Below, piece after piece: positions 55,511 to 64,000 of a stretch of 64,000 bases of DNA (position 1 is its first letter; every line of letters starts with the position of its first letter). A program made the translations under genes and the position numbers. This DNA comes from Oculina patagonica (Eukaryota), in assembly GCF_052425735.1 (NCBI RefSeq), contig NC_135760.1, forward strand, positions 7,688,001 to 7,752,000, given 5' to 3'. Under the pieces are notes generated by a model. It made no database searches. It was given only the letters and a program-made list of their open reading frames with translations, and was not told the DNA's origin.

Positions 55511-58500
55511 CTAAGGGATTTCTTCCTAAATAACAAAAAAGAAAAACAAAGAAAAACAAATTAGAATTTCAAGAATTTTATCGTAAACGGTATAGAAAAA
55601 AAAATTATTACTGACGGGATTTGTTTTAAAAGCCAATTTCAATTTCCCGTCAAAAATTATCCTTTTCGGTGAGTCAGGTTATTACATTTAGCGTTGATTC
55701 TCACTAGACTGTTATTTAATTGTGCAATTTTAATTTACATCAAGCAAATTTTAACTTCCTAACGTGCTCCTAACAGAAGTTTCTATAGTCTTAGTTAAAC
55801 TTACTTTTATTTTGCTAAAGTCAAATGTCACGTTATCTCCAATCAGCATAAACGGTGCCCAGTCGCAAACCTTGGGATAGCCGTTACATCTCATCCACTT
55901 CATGGCCTCGTGAAGAGATTTACTGACGCTATCCCCACGAACAAGGTGCTCGTAGAAACGACGCATAAGCTGCTCTGTTGCTATGTCTCCTAACGCCCAC
56001 AATGCCACCAGTACTGAACGTGCACCTGATCCCAAGAACGCGCGAGCGATTCCAACCACTCCCTCGGCTCTAATCTGTCCACGCCCACTGTGACAACAGC
56101 TAAGTACCACCAGTTTAGCCCGCAGCTGGACTTGTGAAATGTCAGACATCGTCAATAGGTACTCTTCCTCTTGTGGAGTCCTGTAAGTAGTTCTGACCGG
56201 GGAAAGGGCAATTTCTCCTCGTTCGGCATTACCATGTGCAGCAAAATGTATCAGACTCACTGAATGAATTATTTGAAGTACCGCCTGCTTCGTTGCGTGC
56301 TCTCCTAGCAAAGGCAGAACGCCCAGTAGCTGTCCAATCATCTCTGCTTCTTTTCTTGCATAAGGCAATGGCGTTATGTTCTCTGTTCGTCCCTTGTAAA
56401 GCACTCGACCGACTTCAGGATCTCCCACTATCAATGCGCCAGTCTGACTGTGATAGTCTGCAGGACTGTCCTGAATGAGCTTGAGAGTCGACAAAGAAGG
56501 AACGATGCGGATCCTGAAAGTCTCTGATAAATACTTCCCATCTTCATCGCGTAACGCTGCAAATGGAACTTGGTACAAGGAACGATCAGGAACAATGATG
56601 ATTTCGGGCTCCTTAAGTAAGTCGGCCACAGGAGCGATGAGCATTTTGTAGAATAAAGGTTCGGGATCTTGGTTGTCTTCATCGTTATCCTCTACAAGAC
56701 GCAAATTTGCGAGGCTCTCTTCCTGAGAAGATTTCGAATCAGGCTGAACCATATTTAAAGATCGATCCTCGCAATCCTCATCAGGTAAAATTGCAAAGCT
56801 GCGGAAGCTTTTGCCAAAAAAGGCATTCAAATCGCGAGGTAGTCCGGCGGAAGCATTGCTTTCATTTACCGTTTTACTTCGGAAATGAATGACTCCGCTT
56901 GTTGTGAGAATCCACAAAAACACATCTTGACCAACATAAGAAATGTATAGACAGGTACAGTTACTTTCTTTCTTCATAATATTTTCAATGCCAATCCACG
57001 ATTGCGGATTAGCAGAGATTTGTCTTCCAATACAGTACTGAGCTGCCATCAAGTCTGCTAAGGCTCTAGCCCTTTCCAGCTCTAGAACGTAAAGCGCATT
57101 GTTAGGATTCTCAGAAAAACAGAAGAATGCACTGAGCGTCTTGTATGGAAAATCGTGGAATTCTGAAAACGATATCTTAAATTGATCGTTGTTTTCAAGC
57201 AAACGTCGCAAATCTTCGCTTTTATTGATACTCAGTTGTAAATAGACAAATGCTTCAGAGATCTTTTCTTGGGATAACTTCATCAATATCAAGCTACAAT
57301 ACAAGTGAAACTCTACGTCAGTGATTCCAATATCTTTACTAATTGACAGTGCCTTTTGAAGATAACTTTCAGCTGTGACTTGTTCACCAAGAATACGAAA
57401 CACACTTCCAAGGTGTGCATAACTTTTTGCTTCACCTGATCTGTCACCAATTTCCGTTTGAATCGCAAGTGCTTTCTCGAGATTTTTTTTAGCTTGAACA
57501 TATTCACCAAGATACAGGGACACTTTTCCTAGGTTTACGTAATTTGCTGCTTTGCCTTTTCTAGATCCGTCGCCAATTTCTATTGAGATCGAAAGTGCTT
57601 TGTTAAGATGTTCTTTAGCTTGGACATATTCACCAAGATATAGGAACACAATTCCTAGTTCTCCGTAATTAAGTGCTTGTCTTGCTCTGTCACCAATTTT
57701 CATTGAGATCGCAAGTGCTTTCTTAAGATATTCTTTAGCTTTGACATGTTCACCAAGAGACTGAAACACAGTTCCTAGATTTCCCAAAAGTGCTTCTTCA
57801 CTTTTTTTGTCACCAATTTCCATGTAGATCGCTAGTGCTATCTCAAGACATTCCTTAGCTTTGACATAAACACCAAGACACTGAAACACAGCCCCGAGGT
57901 TTCCATAAGATGATGCTTTTACTTCTGTATAACCAATTTCCGTACTGATTGCAAGTGCTTTCTCGTGACATTCTTTAGCTTTCTCATATTCACCAAGTAA
58001 TCGATTCACAGTTCCCAGGTTATCGTAATTTGCTGCTTTTCCCTTTCTGTCGCCAATTTCTATACTGATTGCAAGTGCTTTCTCGTGACATTCCATAGCC
58101 TGGACATATTCCGTAAGAGCCTGAAACACAATTCCTAGGTCTCTGTAACTTGTTGCTTCTTCTGCTCTGTCACCAGTTTCCATACTGATTAAAAGTGCTT
58201 TCTCAGAATATTCTTTTGCATTGACATATTCACGGAGATAATAATACACAACTCCTAAATTTCTACAAACATTTCCTTCTCCTTTCTCTCTCATGATGCT
58301 GATGGCTCTGCTATAAATTTCTTTTGCTTCTGCATGTTGACATTGCCCTTCACATATTTTTGCACACGTGCGGTAAATGAGAAGAAGTTCCCTGCCGTAC
58401 TTTAGTGCATTTGTGTGATCAGAGATCTGACAATATGCCTTGAAGATCACTTGGAGGGTGGCAATCTTAAATAGTTTGACAAATTGTTCTTGTTTCTTCA

Positions 58501-58648
58501 GATCTTCATTATTCAGGAAAATCAGACATTCTTTACATAACTGGATGGCTTTTAGATCACGACCGGTATTGACAAGGAAAATAGCAACAAGATAGCCTAT
58601 GAAGATGGCCAAGTGGGCATATCTTATAACGTCCTCTGTGTTGTTCAT
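55511..58648 (-). CDS. TPR-repeat + CHAT (caspase/HetF-like, clan CD) protease, paralog B, intact; commonly auto-annotated TTC28-like
   Basis: Large coding exon from ATG 58648 (acceptor at 58677) to a phase-0 GTAAGT donor after 55805, then terminal exon 55525-55511 (EEIP*). About nine or ten 40-aa TPR units (GDRxxEAxxYxNLGxVFxxLGEYxKAKExxEKALAIS). CHAT motifs IIIVPDRSLYQVPFAAL, LPYARKEA, IHFAAHG, LVVLSCCHSG, ARAFLGSGARSVLVALW, WAPFMLIG. Confidence 0.92.
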
Positions 58649-58836
58649 GGCGTCCTCTTCGTTAAAGCCTGGCAAACTGATAATAAAGAATAAACATGAA
58701 CAGAATATAAAATCAAGTTAAATTAGTTATGTTGAATACGTAATGCGTATTATGACTGCTATAACTATGACTGTTCTTTCTTTGTTTTAGTTAGTTTTCG
58801 TCTTTGGACAAAAAGGAATCAGGATCAATCAGTACA

Positions 58837-59106
58837 ATTGGCCGTTCCGAAATTGCACAGGGAAGTGGGGCGAGTTTCAAATTTCAAGTAATCGATAATC
58901 TGACACCACCAAATGAAAGATCATGGTGCGATTGGTCATTTGACCATGTTTTAAGGTCCATAACTTCGTTTCTGTTCATCCTGAAAGCATCAAACTTGGT
59001 GAAATGACCATTCTCATCATGATCTTTCATTTGGTGGTGTCAGATTATCGATTACTTGAAATTTGAAACTCGCTCCAGTTCCCTGCGCAATTTCGGAATG
59101 GCCAAT
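58837..59106. mobile_element. Foldback MITE with ~90-bp TIRs
   Basis: ATTGGCCGTTCCGAAATTGC...GAAAGATCATG and its reverse complement; ACA on both flanks; absent from the paralogous intron near 50770. Confidence 0.8.
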
Positions 59107-60488
59107 ACAAAGCAATGCAATGCAATACAACATTGCTTAGAAGTTTTTTATTTGGTTATTAGCCTTATAATTAACTAAGAACCAGCATTTTATGTTAATT
59201 GCTAAGAATAGCTATTGTGCGGCTGTTTCAGCTACTTTTTCTATGTTTTCTCTATCAGTGTTGCAATTTTGTATTTGTAATGAACAAAAAAACGTGCAAA
59301 TTTTCGATGTTATTGTCTGTCTCATATGCATATTTAGCCCGGCTTAGTGGCGGTGAACCTACAGTGGTACCGTAAAACATTGTTTGTTTTCTTTTACGAA
59401 AATAGGTGAAATGATAACCGTGAAAAACCTGAAAATCTTTTCACCCATCATTTTTTTCTCTTTTCGCAACGGAAATTGAACTCCTCCTGGATAAAGAGAT
59501 AGAGACTCAGAGGAACCCACTGTTCTCGAAGAAGACAAAATAGGACAAAAGACGGATTTGATAAATAACGAGAAATTGTAATCTAGAGCAACCTTTTGAT
59601 TTCGACTGAATTATTAAGCATGAAATATAAAACAAAAAACTATATGTACCGGAGAAAAGCCTCGAATTTGCCAAATTTGGTCAAACGTTTGTTTGATAAG
59701 TGACTATTACAGTATTTACTCTTCAGCACAGATCAAATGAAAATGGCCATGACAGTCTTAGCCCAATACGAATTTAACGGCCAAAATTAATTTGATTTGT
59801 CGTACTAACCACTTCTGCTGGGTCACCGGAAAGAATCCGAAAGTCAGTATGTTTCAAACAACTTCTCAACAAACACTACATCTAGACATCGTTCATTCGC
59901 GTGACTTTAATTTTATTGCGTGACTTACTGATCACGACCCAACGGACAAAATCAGTCACGCGATTCATGCAAATCTCTAAGCTCTCGCTTTCTCACTAAT
60001 TCAGCTTTTTTATTATAAATGCTGAGTTATCATTTTCAAAAAGCCTAAAGTAAGATATTAACTTACCGTGTTCAGTTTCTTGATCAAGTTATGATAGTGA
60101 AACCAAAAGCGATGAACTGAAGTACTGAGCGACTTTCCCTGCAAGACAGGAGACAAATACAAACTGAAACTGAAGAACAAAGCTCAAACTCAATGCAGAC
60201 TTCCAAAGGAAAACCTTGCTTCCAAAGTGTGTTTCATCCTTTACAACTCTATTCTATGTTGATTAAACACGGGAGAGTCCTTGAACGATTTGATCGATCT
60301 TTTAATACTTCCGGGATACTTTCGATTTTCGCCACTGCATGATTCCATGGTCCAGTTCACAGAACCAAACAACAGCTTTGTATCTAAAAGGAAACCGTCG
60401 AGTTTGCGATTTGTTGCAGCTTTTTGTGATTTTATGTGTTTCGTGGCTTTAAAAAAGTTTATACAAGGTTAGCCAGCGCTGTACTTAC

Positions 60489-60685
60489 CACGAAGCAGTT
60501 CGGTTTGGAAAGTGAAACTACGAAAACACTCGGGGATCAAGGAGGTTCCCTGATTATGCGGACAAAATAATTGGCTTATTTGACGACATGGTTGATATGC
60601 AAGGTATCCGCTGAAGTAGTACCGCAGGCGCAACTTCTTGCTCAAGAACAAACATGGCGGACAACACGTGAGGGAACGTTTTGAA
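60489..60685. promoter_or_regulatory. Probable bidirectional promoter and first exons of TPR-CHAT B (-) and LTV1 (+)
   Basis: Minus-strand donor GTG|GTAAGTAC at 60488 is conserved in paralog A (52328). A second UTR exon is likely at 60138-60068. CCAAT box (ATTGG near 60570), YY1-like AACATGGCG at 60651, LTV1 ATG at 60686. Confidence 0.55.
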
Positions 60686-63600
60686 ATGGTAAGCTTCTTT
60701 TGAGAGATTTTCTCGTCTATTCTGATCGAAAAATAATTTGTCCAGGTGATAAAAGTAAATTGCTGTTGCAGGGGAAGAAAAAGAAGCCGTTTATTGACAA
60801 GAAGAGTGCTCATAGCTTTCAGCTTGTTCACAGAAGTCAGAAAGATCCCTTACAAGCTGATGAAGACAGTTCTAAACATGTTTTGTTACCGATAGATTCC
60901 AGCAATCAGGTAGTAGTTGACTTTATAGTATTGTAACTGTTTTTGTTGTGTTTTGCTGCAGCCGCAATGGCTGCAAGCAAAACACATTGAGAGCTGAAGT
61001 TTGTGCCGTAAGGACCGTAAGGTGTAAGGTGTAAGTGCCGTAACAGAGGAGAAATCTGAACTACCGATGTCAATCAAATCCATGAACAAACAAAATCGAA
61101 ACCAATGAACCGTAGCGCTGATCGCATTCGAAGTTACGGGCCAAAGTATTCGAACGCAAACCACGTTGGACACGTTGGAAAACAGAAAACCGATTTAAAA
61201 GTATATCGCATTGGGAAAGAAAACAAACTGTGGCGCGACCACTCCAGTTTTATGAGAAAATTATTCTGCAGTTTTCATCATTTACGAAAAGAGCGAAGAC
61301 TTGGAACCTCGCCGAAGGTCATAAATATTTTCTCCAAAGGACCGGTTAGTGCACAGTTTGTAAACTTTCGCTTTGAAAATAAACTTACCCTCACCTTGTC
61401 TACACTGTTTACAGCATACTAGTACTGTATTAACTCTGAACTTCATATTTTAAAATAAAATGTATGAACGTGTAACTTGTCACGCAAAGACAGCTGGAAA
61501 GGAATATACCATGCTGGTAGGCTGCACCGCTAATTGTAGCTGTATTCGAGCTATATAAAAGACAGCTAGAAACGAATTAATACTAGTAACATCACAATGG
61601 GAAAGAAACTTATTCAGTGGTTCACACCGTCGAAAACAAAGAAATATTAAAGGAAGTTCTCATTCACCAGATTCACTGCATCAGATGCAACATTCGTCAG
61701 TTCGTGTTTAAATGCGTGGCGACCAGTTTGTTTACTAGTTATTAAAAAATAATACGGTCTTCATTTAATAAACAGTTCATCCTTAAATTTCAGCTTTTCT
61801 ACGACTGACAGGTAGGTACTATAGTATAAGCCCCGCTAAAATAGCTGGAAAGGGAAAGTTTTTTGAAAAATGAATTTTTGACTGCCAGACGCGCTGGCGC
61901 CACATGTTTATTTTGTGAAGATTAATTAAACGCCGTGAAAAATAGAATTTGATGTCCAGCGAGCCACTGCATCTTCGGCTACGCAGTCCTCAGTGAATCC
62001 TCCAACTTCACAAATTTCTAAAACTTTAAGAAAACGAACTTTCGCAGAATCAAAAATTGGTCCTTATCGATCTTCCGATCTTGTTGTGAAGACACTGAAA
62101 TTCGACGAGTGTTCATGCGTGAAGGGATGACTGACGAATGATAATAATTATTTGTAAACTTTCGCTTTCAAAATGAACTTTGCGTTACGTTCAACGCCAT
62201 CTTTCTGTTGTTGTACGCCGGTGCGCGTGCGATTATTTATAATTTCTGAATTTTGATCAGTAAAATTATCAGGATTGAATTAACACAAAGTGACTACAAT
62301 ATAGTGCAATTATTAACCTGCACACAAGTGACAGACAATAAAAGACGTTGGATTTCAATCTCGACTCACTTGTCTTTCATCAACATGTTCCCTAAGACTT
62401 TGCTCTAGCAGCAAAACACATGGACCCATTGGGGCCCTATTTTTTCTTTATGTAATAACTATACAAACGAACGTGCGAATCCAGCCTAGGGCCATAAATT
62501 ACTATACATAATTTTACCTTTTGCGAGTTTTGGTATTAAATTTCTGTAAAGAAAAAAATACAGACACTTGGTATTGACAAACGTGGCTTCTGTTTGCTTT
62601 GTTGTTTTATACTTGCCAAAAGGCTTGTTTCCTTTATTTTAATTGTTGGCATTTAGTTTATTTTATCTATGTTTTCTCTTCCAGGGTGCAAGTGAAACAG
62701 AGTCTGTGTAAGTGTTTGTTACTAAGGCCTTCCTTCAAATGTTCTCCAAAACCCACAAGTAGTCAGCAGACCAGTATTATTTCCTCACTGGTTTTGCGTT
62801 ACACTTGTGGGACAGTAAATAAGTCACAACTCTTGTGACTGAGTTCCCTGTTTTAGGGTTCTTTTGTCGCTTCTGAGTGTGACTTGCTGTTTTCTTCATT
62901 GTTACTTAGTTTGTGTTGTGCTGGCTACACATACTCTGAGAAGGAAACTAACAGTAACAATTTATTAAAGGAGCTACATCATTGGGATTTCGCAGATTTT
63001 TGGTTTCAACTGTTCTGAAATTAGTGGTATAAGCAACTTAACCCATGAAAAACGTTATCTTTGAACATCTTAAGGAAGATGTAACCTTAATTTGTGGATA
63101 GTAATCAAGCTACATGGGTATGGCTATAAATATAGAGTTTTTGAAGATGAGTGAAAACAACTTGAAAAGTAAACTCTTTATTTCTTAAGTTGCAATTCAT
63201 TTCCATCTGAGCCATCCAAAGATGCTCGTTAACAGTTTCAGTGCTCAAATATAGCAATTTTTTTTTATAAAAATGGACTAATAGTTTTCTTTATTAGTTT
63301 CCTGCAACACAAATGTAAATTTTGGCTGTTTATAAATCTGGTAAAATCCCTGTCAAAGCCCCTTTAAAGATGATTTCCAGTCCGTACTGCGCAGACTCAG
63401 GGTTTGTTTTCTTTTTTGTTTTGAATTTGTTGAAACGTTACACTTCGGTGATAGCGTACATGAAGTTTTTTAGTTCACTATTATGGATCGTCTCGTTCAA
63501 GAATTCACGATGAGCTAAAATGTCCGTTTGAAATACTGTCGAGCTTCTTTTACTCGTTATTATTGTTTTGCAAGGATATCTGGCGTTAATAATGAAGAAA

Positions 63601-64000
63601 AAGGTAAGTTTTGTCCCGGAATTTTTATTTTTGCTAGTAAACATTCTTCTGTTTGTGAGACTCACAAACATTGCAGGCGGAGATTGCGCAGTACGGACTG
63701 GAAATCATCTTTAAGGGTGTTATTTGCAACAAGGTGCTTTGTATTGTTTTTATCTTGATACATTGTACATGTATCTTTGATATGCCTAAACAACATACTG
63801 AACCTGGCTAAAATGGCCTGTATGGATGTCCTCAGCTAATATTACACGTACATGTAACTGATCTTCACAAATAGCCTGTAACTGGAAATATTAATTCTAC
63901 CAATCAGTGCCAGTGACAAGCGAAGGAAGAAGGATGAAGAAAAAGAACATGGCATTTTCTTTGATGACGAATATGACTATTTACAACATGTCAAACCTCG
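60686..64000 (+). CDS. LTV1: LTV1 40S ribosome biogenesis factor, 5' part; continues beyond the window
   Basis: Exons 60686-60688 (ATG only), 60772-60909, 62685-62707 and 63908 to window end. Protein MGKKKKPFIDKKSAHSFQLVHRSQKDPLQADEDSSKHVLLP...GIFFDDEYDYLQHVKP matches the LTV1 N-terminus. Confidence 0.92.
62965..63367. mobile_element. TTAA-flanked non-autonomous element (Kolobok-like)
   Basis: TTAAAGGAGCT ... AGCCCCTTTAA ends, in an LTV1 intron. Confidence 0.5.

Noticed and set aside
55751-58675. TPR-CHAT as bacterial contamination or recent horizontal transfer
   Set aside because: It has spliceosomal introns in the 5' UTR and at the 3' end, host MITEs in those introns, and is contiguous with LTV1. 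Ancient transfer cannot be judged without a phylogeny.

Overview
Animal genomic DNA with spliceosomal introns. The repeat families and gene content suggest a cnidarian, most likely a stony coral (inference). Genes reconstructed by hand from splice signals and protein similarity: the 5' end of an unidentified membrane-protein gene (-, runs off the left edge) head-to-head with NME6 (6 exons, +); a TGIF-class TALE homeobox gene (-); UCKL1 (22 exons, +); a single-exon ANKRD63-like ankyrin gene (-); a tandem pair of TPR-CHAT (caspase/HetF-like protease) genes (-), one intact and one frameshifted; and the 5' part of LTV1 (+, runs off the right edge). Introns and intergenic DNA hold many MITEs, tRNA-derived SINEs, L1/Tx1 and RTE LINE fragments, an AcademH-type relic with RecQ and zinc-finger remnants, and a Penelope fragment with a hammerhead ribozyme. 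Main signals: (1) the TPR-CHAT pair keeps an intact His/Cys dyad, and paralog divergence is concentrated in the ligand-facing TPR helix, suggesting a diversifying sensor-protease system; (2) a transposon-poor, CpG-rich domain of about 10 kb around TGIF is dense in TGIF's own binding motif (TGACAG/CTGTCA), suggesting autoregulation. All counts are approximate hand counts; no searches were run.
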